A DNA stretch of 64,000 nt, taken from Psilocybe cubensis (Eukaryota). This document shows, one piece after another, positions 13,973 through 28,497 of the stretch (positions are counted from its first letter, which is position 1; every line of letters begins with the position of its first letter). Position numbers and translations under genes: made by a program. The stretch lies in NCBI GenBank assembly GCA_017499595.2, contig CM039000.1, positions 1,054,001 to 1,118,000 on the forward strand, written 5' to 3'. Under the pieces are notes generated by a model, which was given only the letters and a program-made list of their open reading frames with translations, did no database searches and was not told the origin of the DNA.

Positions 13973-16283
13973 ATGGGTTATCTACAATCGCTGCTCGCGT
14001 TTCTGGGATCTTTAGGTCTTTACCTGACCTACAGGATTGCAAAGGTCTATTACGATCAATGGATGTCTGCGCTGCACGTTCTCCCAGGTCCTCCCAGCTC
14101 TAGTTGGGTATATGGAAATATGAAAGAGATGCTTGAAGCAGTAGGTTCCCTATACATTCAGACAGACAGAAGTTGAAACCGCTGAATTGTGTTTGCTGTA
14201 GGATAACTTCATGCTGCAGGATAAATGGGTAGAGGAATATGGCTCAACAATCTCATATAAAGCTTATTTTGGGGTTCGTCATGTGTTACTATCAATACTT
14301 TTGCTGCGGGAAAATAACTGACTAACATTATAATTCGACAGTTAAATCGATTTTACACTGTAGATGTAAAAGCGATCAGTCATATTCTGAAGAATGACTA
14401 CATATATCAGAAACCAGAACATGCGCGTTATTCCCTGAGCCGGTTTTTAGGCAATGGAGTGCTTGTTGTCGAAGAAGACAAGCACAAGCAGCAGGTATGA
14501 TAATACTTTGACGTTTTACTGATAGAAGAGCGTTTTAAAACGAGTTTTACAGCGTCGAATCATGGTACCAGATGGCTCACAACTTTGTTATTTTTTCTCA
14601 CTAACTCAGCAGCTAGAATCCTGCGTTTGGCCCTGCCCAAATAAGAGAGCTGACGGAAATATTCGTTGACAAAGCTATTGAGGTAATTCGTTAGATTTTC
14701 CGGTGAAGATTTAATACTTATGAATATTATTCTGTTCCGTAGCTTCGTGAAGTTTGGAAAAAAGAAGTAAACAGCCAAGGCGAAACAGGACATGTAGAAG
14801 TCCTTTCCTGGCTCAGCAAAACTACGCTTGATGTCATTGGGCAAGCCGGTTAGTTCAAACTTAAGCTAATCTTATCTCTCTGACTTATAGCGATGCTGCA
14901 CAGGTTTTAACTACAGATTCAATGCTTTGACTAACGGCAAGAATGAATTAAACGATGCCTTCAAAGTTCTCTTTCAATCCTCCACTAGGATACCTTTGAT
15001 AAAGGCACTCATTCCTGCCCTACGTGTTATTGTACGTCATCTATTCTCTCATCTGATGCACCCAGTGGGTGCTAATTTAATGCCATACACATGAAGCCAT
15101 CCGAGGGAGACACCAAAGCCAAGGTTGCAATGACGACAATGAAACGCATAGCCAACGAACTATTACGAGACAGCAAAATGGGCCTCATGGCAGAAGACAA
15201 TAATATTAAGATGGATGATTACTCACTGAAAAGACGAGACTTACTGTCGCTATTGGTTCGGGCAAACACTTCCAAAGATCTCCCTGCCCATCAACGTATG
15301 TCCGATGAAGATGTAATGGCTCGTGAGTCTCTATTGTACTCCGTTCCTCCAAGAATTTAATTAAATGTTTTTTTTGGTTTGACCCTCTAGAGGTCCCTAC
15401 CTTCCTTGTGGCAGGCCATGAGACTACAAGGTATGTTAATGTATGTACAATTTCTTCTCCCGGCCAATTTAATTTGGTTTATCAGTGTCGCAACAACATG
15501 GGCACTGTATGCACTCTGCGTGGATATACAAATTCAGGAGAAACTTCGCGAAGAACTTTTTGCCGTTGACACCGAAAACCCGACCATGGATGTGTTAAAC
15601 TCACTGCCATACCTTGATGCAGTTGTAAGAGAAACTCTTCGAGTACACGCTCCGGTTGGATCCAGTATTCGAGTTGCTGTCAAGGATGATATCATTCCAC
15701 TTGGTAAACCAATTCGTGATAGGAATGGAAATCTTTTGGGCGCAATACAGTAAGCTAATTTAAATCTCTGTAGTCCTCTCTGCACGCTCATAAATTGTCT
15801 AGTGTTTGTAAAGGGCAAAGTATCCTCATCCCTATTCTTGCTTTAAATCGCGATAAGTCGATATGGGGCGACGACGCTGGGGAATTCAAGTAAGTGGATA
15901 TATTTCAAATTTTAAGGTGTTTGACAAGGCCTCCCTTCAGACCAGAGAGATGGAAAAGTGTCCCCCAAAGTGTTGGGACAATTCCGGGAGTTTGGGGAAA
16001 CATGATGAGTTTTCTTGGTGGCCCTCGTGCATGCATCGGATATCGATTTTCTCTGGTGGAGTAAGACACTTGTCTTTATGAAGTTAGTGAATGATACTCA
16101 CGATCATTTAGGATGAAAGCTCTACTGTTTACCTTGCTTCGAGCCTTCGAGTTTGAGCTAGGCGTTCCTAAGGAAGATATTATGAAGAAATCCAGTCTAG
16201 TCGATCGTCCACTCCTCAAATCAGACGTGGCGGCTGGAAACCAAATGCCACTCATCCTCAAGCCAGTTGGCTGTCCTCATTAA
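13973..16283 (+). CDS. Cytochrome P450 monooxygenase (Agaricomycete type), 13 exons
   Basis: N-terminal membrane anchor plus [29 protein letters not shown]. Manual splicing keeps the frame. 12-nt microexon at 14553-14564. TAA 16281-16283. Confidence 0.92.
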
Positions 16284-16810
16284 TTGATTATTTTGTCGAT
16301 TCTCAATTACAAGCAAAGTTATTCATTTACATTTCCGAGTTCAGTCCAATCCCTCATCGGTAGCGTGATTCATGATGTCTGCAGTAGTTGAACTAATTAT
16401 TACACCAAAGTTCGACATTGATTTGTGAGCTCGAGGTGCCCCATACTCAAAATGTTACTAGCCAGTGCCTTGAATCCATGTTTTAGATGCCAACTCAAAA
16501 TGGATAATATGCAAGCGGAGATGGGGTGTTACAATTCGATGAAGGCCCTAAGCATAAGATTTACAGGTATAGTGTCAGTACGTTCACTCAACAACCGAGA
16601 AAAATGTTCATAGTCTCACCAAATCTTCGATTAGATGCTGCAGGACAAGTGTTAACAGCTTTCCGGGTAGCCGCGAGGCAGCTTGGGTCTTACGTAAGTA
16701 CACTTGTAAGCGTGTATCAACCGGGCCGTTAAGGGGCTTATGAATACTATAGTGAGCGAACGCCGGCTTTCCAGTCAACCAATGATCCCACAACAATCGT
16801 CAGGCCTGTG

Positions 16811-16850
16811 TGACGCGTTGGCATGCCGAGCCACTGGTCAGTTTATATAT
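16811..16850 (+). promoter_or_regulatory. Conserved upstream motif and TATA-like box of P450 copy 2
   Basis: TGACGCGTTGGCATGCCGA (16811-16829) followed by TTTATATAT. Confidence 0.5.
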
Positions 16851-17018
16851 ACCTGCCATGGTCCAAGAATGAGTGTCTGCGTACAACCGCACAAGAAAAC
16901 TTCTAAGTATAACTTGCTATACTCATTTTCACTACCACGTCTGCGTGCCAGATACACTCGAACCGGCGACGGCTCTACCAGCAATCCCTGCAGATAACGG
17001 TTTCATTCATCCTTTGAG

Positions 17019-19361
17019 ATGGGCTACCAGCAGCTTTTACTTGCTTTACTAGGATCTTTGGGCCTCTACTTGGCCTACAAGCTTGCGAAGGTCTTGTATG
17101 ATCAATGGACATCACCATTGCGCGCTCTTCCAGGTCCTCCTAGCTCCAGCTGGATATACGGGAACATGAAAGAGATATATGAAGCAGTATGTCATATTTT
17201 CCCAGCATTCAAGTGAATTCAATCACTAAATCGTTTGCCACGTTGCAGGAGAACTCGGTATTGCACGAGAAATGGGTCGAGGAATACGGTTCAACAATCA
17301 CGTACAAGGCTTATTTTGGGGTTCGTTTGACATATTTATCCCATTGGTTATGGCTAGCTCATAGACTGATTGTGAATTAATATGACAGATGAATAGGTTC
17401 TACACCACAGATGTGAAGGCGGTTAATCATATCCTCATGAACGACTACATATACCAGAAGCCCGAGCAAACACGTTTCGCTCTCAGTCGGGTTTTAGGAA
17501 ATGGGGTGCTTGTGGTTGAAGAAGATAAGCACAAGCAACAGGTGAGCAGATAACCCTCTTGTCGATGCCTGAATGGCTTATAACATAAAATTTCAGCGGA
17601 GAATTATGGTACGCATGTCTGATTGACCTTGCGTTACTTGATTAACTTAGTGATTAGAACCCTGCTTTCGGACCGGCCCATATCAGAGAACTGACAGAGA
17701 TATTCGTCGACAAAGCTATTGAGGTGATTTATTGACAGCTCTTCCAGTGAAGATTTAACGCTGAATACCATTCCTTCAAACAGCTACGTGATGTTTGGAA
17801 AAGGGAAATAGACAGCCAAGGCGAAACCGGTCGTGTTGAAATTCTTTCCTGGCTGAGTAAAATGACACTTGACGTTATCGGACAAGCCGGTGAGCTCGAA
17901 CTTGAAGTGAAATTCATCAGCAAGATTGGATTAACTTACTGTACTATACAATACAGGCTTCAACTACAAATTTAACGCTTTGTCCAATGCCAAAAGCGAA
18001 TTAAACGATGCCTTTTCGATTCTCTTCCAATCCTCCACCAGGATAAGCCTGTTAGGGTTAATTAAGGTGTTCATACCTGCTCTACGCTTTATCGTATGTC
18101 ACCGATGTCTGCAATATAAGTCTTTGAGCTAATCATATAGCACACATATGCAGCCATCCGAGGGAGACGCCAAAGCCAAAGCTGCAATGACGACAATGAA
18201 GCGCGTAGCAAACGAGCTATTGCGCGACAGCAAAATGGGTCTCATGGCGGAAGACAACAATACCAAAATGAATAACAAATCATTGAAAGGACGAGACTTA
18301 CTATCGTTGTTGCTTCGGGCAAATACTTCCAAAGATCTCCCTGCTCATCAACGCATGTCGGACGAAGATGTGATGGCTCGTGAGTCTTTTTGTCAAATGT
18401 TGTTCCTCGAAGACTTGAGGACAATGTCTTATTCAAATCTCTAGAGGTTCCTACGTTCCTTGTAGCGGGTCATGAGACGACAAGGTATGGCAAGCTACTT
18501 AATCCCCTTTTGCTAGATTGCTGCTAAATAAAATCTGATAGTGTTGCAACAACGTGGGCGTTGTATGCTCTCTGCTTGGATATTGGAATCCAGGACAAGC
18601 TTCGTGAAGAGCTTCTCGCCGTTGGTACCGACAATCCCACAATGGATGAGCTGAACTCTCTGCCATATCTCGATGCAGTCGTAAGAGAAACTCTCCGAGT
18701 GCACTCTCCGGTGGGATCCACTATACGGGTTGCTGTTAAAGACGATATCATTCCTCTTGGTAAGCCGGTTAGAGATAGAAACGGAAAGCTTCTGGATGGA
18801 ATACCGTGAGCTACTTTTCTCTTTGCCATTGTTGTCATACACTCATGCCCTTGTGAAGAGTTCGTAAAGGGCAAAGTTTCCTTATCCCTGTTCTTGCTTT
18901 GAATCGCGATAAATCGATATGGGGTAGCGATGCTGGGGAGTTCAAGTGAGTGACTGTGCCTTCCCATAGCTATGTTCATCTGTTTAACAAATCCTGTTTT
19001 CGCTATTATTAGACCGGAGCGGTGGCAAAATACCCCCCCAAGGGCTGGATCAATCCCTGGTGTTTGGGGGAACATGATGAGTTTCCTGGGCGGTCCTCGT
19101 GCATGCATAGGATATCGTTTCTCCCTGGTAGAGTAAGCCTCCCAACTTCGCCTCAATATAAATAAAAGATGCTCACAAACACCCAGAATGAAGGCTCTGC
19201 TGTTCACTTTGATCCGGGCTTTTGAGTTCGAGCTAGGTGTTCCCAAGGAAGACATCATCAAGAAAACCAGTCTAGTCCAGCGCCCACTTCTCAAGTCGGA
19301 TATGGCTGCTGGAAACCAGATGCCACTCATCCTCAAGCCAGTCAGCCGCATTTCAGATTAA
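17019..19361 (+). CDS. Cytochrome P450 monooxygenase, tandem paralogue
   Basis: Same intron positions and motifs as 13973-16283 ([24 protein letters not shown]). Microexon 17597-17608. TAA 19359-19361. Confidence 0.92.
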
Positions 19362-21607
19362 ATTTAGCAAATCCTCGATGTCTGAAGATCCATTTTTATC
19401 GAAATTCTTCACTTCTGTTTTATCATCAAGGATACTATATTATCTCAGTTTATTACATGTATCATAATTCTAATCCTGTTCTCTCGGTTTCAAGAGTTTT
19501 GTGGCTGACGAACACATCCAACTTAGTTTGACCTAAAGGGTGAAAGGCTGTTAGTTCCTTCCGCTGGGTAATAGTTAACAGCGCCCAAACTGCTGGGTAT
19601 TGTATACCTTCTTTGTTATGGGCGGCCAGCACATGTATTTCCACCCACTTGTTGGAGGTCTCCCCATTGTTGTGAAAATATACGTAGGATGGGGACACTT
19701 AATAACTATGAAGGCCAAAGATTCAACGTTCAACGGCCATTTAGCTTGTGCAGGAGGATATAGACAGGAATACAGAGCCCTACCAGTGAAGATAATGTGC
19801 CACTCCTGATGCTTCTTTTATTTTGCACACATACATAGTTGGTTTTGATGGAATCTAATCAAATCTCTCTAGGGCCGCCGGCGCTGTGAGAATGCTCACG
19901 ACGTATAAAGTGGTGATCACAAGGAAGGATATCATCGCGTATTGGTATTTTTTAAGATACCTTCCGAGGCGATGTACACAAAAGACCGCCAGCTGACAGT
20001 GCGATCGACTCCCCATGGTCCAGCACGACTTTGATTGCTGGCCGTTTATATTTACTATCAATCGCCCCTCGAGGTGGGACTATGACTTGGTATGACTCAC
20101 TTTCGGCGATGAGTTTCTCAGATACTCTCTGCTTGATTATCTACTCATGTAGTAGCTTTGTCTGTTCTTCTTCCTCCCAATCACTCGTTTCTCATCTATA
20201 TCTTACTTCATCGCACTCTTATTCGCTAAAGCAAAGGAAATAAGCGCCCAGGAGCCCTACCGGCACATATTGTGCGGAGTCGACTCATAGCAATGAATCC
20301 ATCAACACTCATTGAAATGTTTACCCGGAGATCAAAGGCACTGTTCCCTCATGCTGATTTCCGCAGGCAAGTGGGGGGCCATTTCGCTATATCAGGTTGT
20401 GTGGATTGATTCTACATGAGGGCACGTGGATGTGCGAACATTAATCTGTCTGTTGTGGACAATGTTAACAGCAAGCTGAAGGGCGACTGTCCTCATGTTG
20501 TTGGTGTAATGTAGCACTATAAAACATTCGCAGAGATGGCATTTCTCTTTATTTTCTCAGCTTTTTAGCACTCCTTTTTTGATATTTCAACTGTGTAAAT
20601 GTGAGTTCCAACTCGTTTTTGGATCTTTGAGATTAACTGATGGTTTTCGATCGATGCAGACATGAATTTGAAGCAGGTCTTTCTTCGATATTTCTTGCCT
20701 ACTATCACCGAAGTTTATCAAGCCCAACACGTATGAGTCATCCCCAGTTTTACCTCCAAATATACCGTTTCCCAACACTTGTTATAGGAACAATACAAGA
20801 AGGAATATGAACCCACCATCGGCGCTCTAGAGATCGAACTAGGGATCATCGAACGCTGCATTGTTGATCGTCGACGAATGAGGTCGGCGCTGGTTAATTC
20901 GATGCGATATTCGAAGTGCATCCCTGTTCCGTCGTCCTCAGTATGTTCGATATCCGCGAGCTGCTCCATTGGATTCAGGGCCTAACTGATCACTATCTAG
21001 GAGGCGTGGCCGAGCTCTGAAAGGCGCTGCGGGCAGGCGCCTTCCCGTTCACAATCCTGGGACTCAGTCTCCACCGTCTTCGGACCTGCAAACTACCCAT
21101 CTGTATGTGGCAGCAGTCCCCGCCACTCGCTGGATGACAACGCAATCTTCGAGCTCCGGGAGAGGATCGAAGATGTACAAGCGCTTCAATCATACGTACG
21201 CTGCCTCCGCTTCAAATTCTCGCGCCTGCCCTTCACTTCAAACTGATGCACACTTTACATTCAATTAGGCAGAAGAACTCAAGAAGTCCATCAACGACTG
21301 TCGTTTCTTGGTAGACACCCAAGCCACGGCGGACCTCACTGGATACCGCGAGCTGCGGGACTGGGCAAAGGTGTGGCTAAATACTGGCATTGCAAAAGAA
21401 TATTCTCTCACTGCCAAGACACGTCTAGACAATGCTCCAAGCCTACGAATATGCGACTACCGTGTTGATCAGTATATCTACAGTCGGCGCTAGTCTGGTG
21501 TACACGACGATCTTCAGGTGGGAGTCAATCCAGAGTATTATGACACGAACGTATATTCTGGAGACTGACTAAAGAGTTATAGTGCTTCAAGAGGCAATAT
21601 CGGATAT

Positions 21608-22171
21608 ATGTGCCTAACATTCCCCCTCTTTATCTTCGCCTTTGTCGTATCTGTCATGGTACAGATATCACTCCGCTGGGCAGCAAGCCTCCCCAACCCC
21701 GTCGCCTTCGCCTCACAAACACTCTGGAAGTACATCATCAGGCAAGCCCACCTTCCCACCTCACTCCCTTCTGAGCTCACCTTGATATACAATGAATCAA
21801 CGTTCAACGATCGTGTTCCTTTTTCTAGAATCTCGCTGGCGCTCGCCGCGCTCTCCGTCCTAAGCGCATTGGCCGTCTTGAACGTGACAATATTCTTCCT
21901 GGACCCAGGCTCAAGCTCAAGTAGCATCGACAACGACATCTCCCTCAATACCGTGGGCGGCGTGACCAAAGGGATCGTGTCCATCCCCGGCATTGCCGTC
22001 TTTGCAGTTTGTGTACTAGGGTTCCTCATCCTGTGCGGGGCGATTGGAGTGAGCGTGTTTGCCTGTAGAAGAAGTTGTTTGACGCGCCATGACCCGGTGA
22101 ACCTGACAGCTGATGCAGTGAAACGGAGGAATGAGCTGTCCCTTGAGTCTTTTAAGTCTTGTAATATATGA
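21608..22171 (+). CDS. Putative membrane protein, last exon (upstream exons from ~20.5 kb unresolved)
   Basis: 187-aa ORF with about three hydrophobic segments, preceded by an intron-like stretch at ~21518-21581. Family not recognised. Confidence 0.35.
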   Translation: MCLTFPLFIFAFVVSVMVQISLRWAASLPNPVAFASQTLWKYIIRQAHLPTSLPSELTLIYNESTFNDRVPFSRISLALAALSVLSALAVLNVTIFFLDPGSSSSSIDNDISLNTVGGVTKGIVSIPGIAVFAVCVLGFLILCGAIGVSVFACRRSCLTRHDPVNLTADAVKRRNELSLESFKSCNI

Positions 22172-23808
22172 CCATTATGTTTTTATGTTGTCTTTTCTTG
22201 TTTGCGAATAAGTAATCTTGCTATACTAAGTACTTTGATGTTCCATCGTATACCTATGCCGTCTATGCCACCACTTTTGCAACTTAAAAAAGCAGCCATG
22301 CATACTCGATTCAAATGCAACCATTTCGAACAGACATGAAACAACTTCAACCCCGACGACGTATCCCAAGACAAATTCAACTCGACATACAATCAGAACA
22401 ACACCAACATAACAAACCACACCTCCCACACTTCACCTCCCACATCATCATCGATCATCTTTTACACAAACCACGCCAAACCAAATTTGCAAACAAAGAG
22501 AACACACACATAAAAACAAGATACAACATCGACACAAATAAAACCTAAACCTAAAAACCAACACAACACAATAAGTAGGTGTGCTTTTTTGCTTTTTTTG
22601 CAACAGGCATATGATACACTACAATTATAAATGCCAAGTAAAGAGACACTCAGAAAAAAAAAAGAAGAATAAAAATAACGTAAAGTAAAACAACTGATAA
22701 AAGAGGGGAAAGGGGGAAGGGGCGTACATGAAGATTACAAGTTTTCCAATTACAGATGCGATTATGTGACAAGAAAGAAGGGGGGACAGATGAGAATGAG
22801 AGTGAATGTGAATGTGAAAGTGCGAGTGAGAGGAGGGAAACAGCCACAATAAATTAAAAAAGATTTAGAGGATTGGAAGGGGAATAAGAAAGACATCGAT
22901 CGCAATGATAGGTTGGGTTGGATTCTAGCATGTGTGATGCTGTGATTGATGATGTTGAAAATTGTGAAAAAATGTCAAGGGAGCGGGAAATGAATGAAAC
23001 TAACAGAAAATGTTTTTGCGTTGAAAGAAAAGATATAACAGTGTCCATATAACTGAGAAATTAAAAGGGATGCGAATGATGGAAATTGACAGTCAGGATA
23101 ATGATGATTCCAAGAGAGTCGAAATGGGAAGAAAAAAGCATAGGGGAACTGAAGGAGCATCAACAAATGGGAGATCCAGAAAGGTGGGGGCAAAGGGAGG
23201 GGGAGGAATGAATGATAGCAAGCCACCAAGTTCGAACAAAACAAGCGCCCGTGCTCGACGCTCGTGCCATGTGCCATAAAAGAAGTCTTTACAAAGTAAT
23301 GAAGAAGCATCGGATTAACCCGCGAACCCGCGAAACACGCGACGCGAAGGGTTCATAAAAATCCCTTCAGTCCTCGTGTGATCCGCATGGCCCAATTCTT
23401 CTTCTTTTGAAGTAAAGTTGGATAATGAGAGCGTCGACCTTGGTCCAGGGAATAGACGACGAGTACGAGTGTTGTTGCCAGGGAGATGCCAGACTCAAGA
23501 TTGATCAATGGTATAGAGGCGACAGACAGTTCGAGGTGAAGGAAGGGAGAGACGAATGAAAGGGAGGGGGGAGGATCCAAAAAAATAGGGGTCCAAAAAA
23601 TCCAGAACGCACAAGTAGCGGGAGAGGGGGGCGGAAGAGGCGGAACCAAAGCACGAGGATAATCTAAAAGCCTTTTTAAACCCTCTTAAGAGCAGGAATA
23701 CCACCTCCCAAAAAACTTCGAGCTTGCTGAACCGCCTTGGAAGTTGGATATGGGAGAGAGAAGGACCGATCCAAGAAATGGGAGAACCCCACAAGGGATG
23801 TGTCACGG

Positions 23809-26800
23809 TCAAATGACTTCTTGGCGAGTGATGCTGTCAATTCCTTCGTGATCAAAAAGGCATCCCCCCTCTTCTTCATCTTCATCGTCTTCCTCCTGCT
23901 CCTCCTCCCGTTCATCCTCCAATCTCCCATCTTCCCCATCCATATCTTCCCCATTGATCCTCAACCCAAGATGCGACGAGGACGTATCGTACAACTCGAG
24001 ATCCCTCCAAGACGAATCGTCCGGCCCATAAAAAGACCATGAATCGTCCGTCATGCCATCCACATCTAGCTGTTGCTGCTGCTGCTGACGAGCACGGCGG
24101 GATACCCAGTCCTCAATCTCCGCATTGTCCTCCTCCATCCTCATCATCCGCATCCGCATCTCCTTTTCCCGCCACCAAGCTTCGTCCTCACCGCCCTGCA
24201 TCCAAGCATCGTCCCACAAATCGCCCACGCGCGCACGCTTCTTCGGGTCCCGGACCAAAAGCCGACTCACAATCCTCCTCGCGCCCCGGCTTTTACACAG
24301 TCGTGCGCCAACGAGCTCGTGTTCGAGATCACGTACATCGTCGTCGTCGTCTCCTTCGTCCGCCACGTCGTCGCCTCCAGGCCATTCCCACTCACCCTTG
24401 GCGATGCGCATTAGCCAATGCCTCCTATCTGCAGCTGTCGCCCTACGCCCCACACCGCCGTCCTTTCCCCTCTCACCCCCTATCTTCGACCCAGTAGCCA
24501 TACTACCCCCAACCACCACCCCCTCTCCAAAAGGCAGCTGCCTACCCACAAGAGCATACAACACAACCCCACACGCCCACGCATCCGTCCGTCGCGCATC
24601 GTACACACCCCCACCGCTCCCACCTCCACCCGTGACAAGCTCCGGCGCAGCGTATGCCTCGCTCCCACACCGCGTCGACAACAGCTCCGCCTCGCCGTTC
24701 GCGTCGATCTCCACAAACCGCGATAGACCAAAGTCGGTGAGCTTGATGAACGGCGCGGGGGGCGCCGGCAGTGTCGACAGTGTGGGCCGCGGGGACGTGG
24801 GAGTTAGGGAGCTGAAGGCCGTTGTGGTGAGCAGGATGTCTGTTTTAGGAGTGATGCAAGGAAGGTCATGGGTCAGTGATACGGATACATTCCCATCAAC
24901 AAACAACGACATACTTTCGAGTTTGATGTCCCGATGAACCAGGCCCACGCCGTGCATCCATCCAACTGCTTTACAGATCTCACACCATATCCTCCTCAAC
25001 ACCGACTCGCCTGTAAAACCCGTACAAGGTGAGTTTCGAAAACGTTGGGATCAGAACGAAAAGTCAACCACGCACCCAGCATTCCCCATGCAACATCGTT
25101 ATTCACCAGACCAAGAAGATCGCCACCTGGAAGGTACGGAAGGACAAGGATATGGTGGCTCGCAGTTGAAAGATGGGCAAGGAGTGGGGTGATATTCGGG
25201 TGCGAGATATGCTGAGAGGTACGTACAATCAGTTCCGCGACGAAACACCCATCTACAAAACACTCACCTTCAGCACCTCAACCTCCCTGACGAATCCCAC
25301 CCTAGTCCGTTCCTCTTCCTCCCTGAGCCTCTGCTTCGTGATGCCCGCTCCACCTCGACCCTGTCCGACATCTGCAGCGTTCGCCCTTCTCGGTGTCATC
25401 TTGACAGCTACCAAGCGCCCATTTCCCTTGCTGCTGCTAGCATGTCCCAAACTCGACTGCCTCGACAAACTAGCGCTCAACCCAACCTCACCTCCGTCAT
25501 TCCCGGCGTCTGACACAGTCATACCACCATCACGACTACCCGACCCTGTTCCTCCCACTGCCGCTGCCACCGCCGACACATTAGTGACCGATGCAGAAGC
25601 GCTGTCCACGTCCCGGGGCTCCCCCATCTCTCCATGCCGTTCATCCAGGTACGCGCGGCCCAATCGGTACGCAGGCCTCGTCCCCCGTACGCGATCTCTA
25701 AACTTTTTCAGGCTCGAATCACGCGAAAGGGTCAGGTCTTGCTGGTGCGGGGGTGGTGCTAACCGCAAGCTCGCAGCGCGTGAAGGACCTTTGAACGACG
25801 ACGCAGCCGATCGTACACTCGAGTTTCTCGAAAGCGCACCTCCGGCATCCTCATCGCTATTGTCGAATCCTGTAGTAGAGTTGGGAGAGACGGGGGAAGG
25901 CCGTGATGATAAAGGCGAAGTTGCAGAAGACGCTCCCGATCCGTGAGTTGCGGACCGCGAAAACGAAAGCATGTTCATCAGACCCTCTCGAATCCTGTTT
26001 CTATTCGGCACACTTCCAGTCGTACTCGAATTTGCGTTCAACTTCTCGCCTCCGTCATGGGCGACGCTATTGTCCATAGCCATTTCTTCATCCTTCTCTC
26101 TTTCCCTTTCCTGTTCCCTCTCCCTCTCCCTCTCGCGCGCCTTGTCTCTTCCACTTGCGCGCCGCCTCAAATCCCTCACACTCTTTTTTGATACAAGGGT
26201 GAGCGGCACCCGGCTCAAATCTTCCGCCAGCCAAACCGCCGAAAAGGCCCCGTGGCCCAACGAGCGAAGGAGTCGCAATTTCGGGACTTGCGTGTGATTG
26301 TCCGCATCTTTTGCCGGAGGTGGTAGTGGCACACTTGATAAGCTAGAGGAGTGGGGTGGGGTTTGGGTGGTAATGGAATCGGCTAGGGCCCCGGATGGCG
26401 TGTGAGAAAGGTCGTGACCATCGGAAGAAGGAGGAGGGGACGGAAGGGGCTTGAAGTCAGGGCTGCCCAGATGGCTGGATTTGAGGGCGGCTAAAAAAAT
26501 GTGAGAATTAGCACAAAGTTGACAAACAAAATTCACGAAACAGGGACGCACCTGAAGACGTGGAATAATCATTCGTTGGCGTCGGCGTACCTCGATCTGG
26601 CGGCCGACTTGACAGACTGGGTGAGGGTGAAGCGATGGTGAACGTTAACGAGAGCGGCGAGATCGGAAGATGAGATGAGGGATGTTCAGGGCTAGGTAAA
26701 GAGATGATGCTTCCGGGACGGGGCTCTTCGTCCACGTTCTCGACGTCCTCGTAGTCTACTGGCTCTGGAGAAGGTGGTTTGGGAGTCTGACTAAGTTTTT

Positions 26801-27509
26801 GCTGTCTTGCCTGCCTCTCTAGAATTAGATCGCGCTCAAAGCGGAGTAATCCCGGCTGACGATCTGCTGGCCGCGGAGTGAGTTCGTCGTAGCTATCTCC
26901 CTCTTCCTGACGAGGCGTCGGGGGGAAATCGCCCTGCATGAGTGTATCGTCCCGCTGCGGAGTGCGTTCGTGAGATGGAGGCGGTGTAGGTAGTCGGGGT
27001 TCGTGAAATGAAGATGAAGAGAATGAAGAGCTAGAACCAGTGGATGGGGTCCTCACATGGCCATTAAATTTCGGTGTCTCATCAGTCACGCTATCCAAGT
27101 TGAGGATATTGAGACTGAAATCGGGGCTTCGTTCGGAGACAGAGGTGTAGCGCGAGGGAAATATACGAGAAAGGTGAGGCGTAGCACCGGTGTGCTTTGT
27201 GGAGATGGATGATGCGGGTGGAGAGGGAGGGCGAACCGGGGTACCGAAGAACTCTGCAGTGAGTGAACGCGGCTTGCTCTGCGCTGGAGTCGCTGGGGGG
27301 TGTGGGGTGGGCGAGGGCGGACGAGTTGAGAAAGGCCATGCGAAGAAAGCGTTTGTCTTTAGATTGGGCGGGGACGAGGAGGAGGCGGAGGTGGAAGAGG
27401 TAAGATCCGAAAAGGTCGAGGAAAGCGAGGAAGTACTGGAGCCTGAGGAGCGAGAGCGCAGTGAAGAGCCCCCAGTAGCAGCAGGACATTCCAAGTGAGA
27501 AGAGGCCAT
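23809..27509 (-). CDS. Ser/Thr protein kinase (CAMK-like) with long disordered N-terminus and an N-lobe insertion
   Basis: LGHGAFSAVWLA, VAVK, FVREVEVLK, HRDIKLE, TDFGLSR, CGSEAYAAPE, DAWACGVVLY across spliced ORFs 26508-27509, 25253-26572 and 23809-25002. Confidence 0.9.
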
Positions 27510-28497
27510 AGAGTTTGTTGGAGAGATATTATTGATCCATAGTCCGGATCCTATGTATGTTTGTTAGACTCCTTCATGTCACGCTCCGTAACACAACATA
27601 CATGTCACAATACACGTGGTTTTCTCGTCTCGGCAAATGCTTGGAAGAATCAACACAAAAGTCTCTGAACGTTTGACTCACCGCGTACCCAGTCTTCTCC
27701 TTATCTGCTAGCTATCTCTTTGAGCATCGAGTCATCATCTACATCAGTGATTGGTATCTTCACTCCGCATGTGCATTGTCGCCGGGAAACGCCTTATCAT
27801 ATGTCTCTTCACAATAAATTTAACGATGCCGCACTCCCCGGAAACGCGCATATATTCGTCACTTTGAGACACTTTATCAGCGAAATAGCATAAAGAAACA
27901 CAAAGTTAGTTCAAAACCTTACAAGCGCTTAAGAAAGCAGCAGTATCGGACTAAAGTCTCTCGGTAATGTGTTGACAACCCCTTCGTCTTGGTAACGTGC
28001 GCCACAATATCCCTGTTAGTTGATATCACCGAGATGCGCTATCAGAATACTTGCAAAAATCGCAGCGAAATTGTAGAGCGCAATACCTGTGTTGGGTAAT
28101 TTTTGCATAATAGCATACCTCACAATCTGCGAACGTGATGGAAGCTCCGGTAGAGATTGATGACTACAAGGGACCGGGGGGGGGGGGCAAGTTCTCCGAG
28201 ACAACGTCTCGGAATTTGGAGAATGAACAACTGCATAGTATACGGTGGTTATGGTATTGAAGAAAGGAGAATTGGTATGGAAAGTAAAAGGTATTCGTGT
28301 CGGAGACTCTCGGAATGAAAGCAAGGGTAATGTAATCCCGTGACGGCTCTCAGAAAGCTTGATCGAGGCGCGTAATGTTACACTCCTCCACTCCCTTTCA
28401 ATAGCAGATGTTTTAAATTTTTAAAAATATGGGTTGCATAACTATTCTACTAACCGGTGCAATCTATCAAAGACGAACTTGTTATTTCAAGTGCATT

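Noticed and set aside
18524-19351. 275-aa minus-strand ORF
   Set aside because: Antisense to P450 copy 2 exons, with no independent motif.
24039-26297. Long plus-strand ORFs (e.g. 24125-24937, 25173-25946)
   Set aside because: Antisense shadows of the GC-rich kinase exons.
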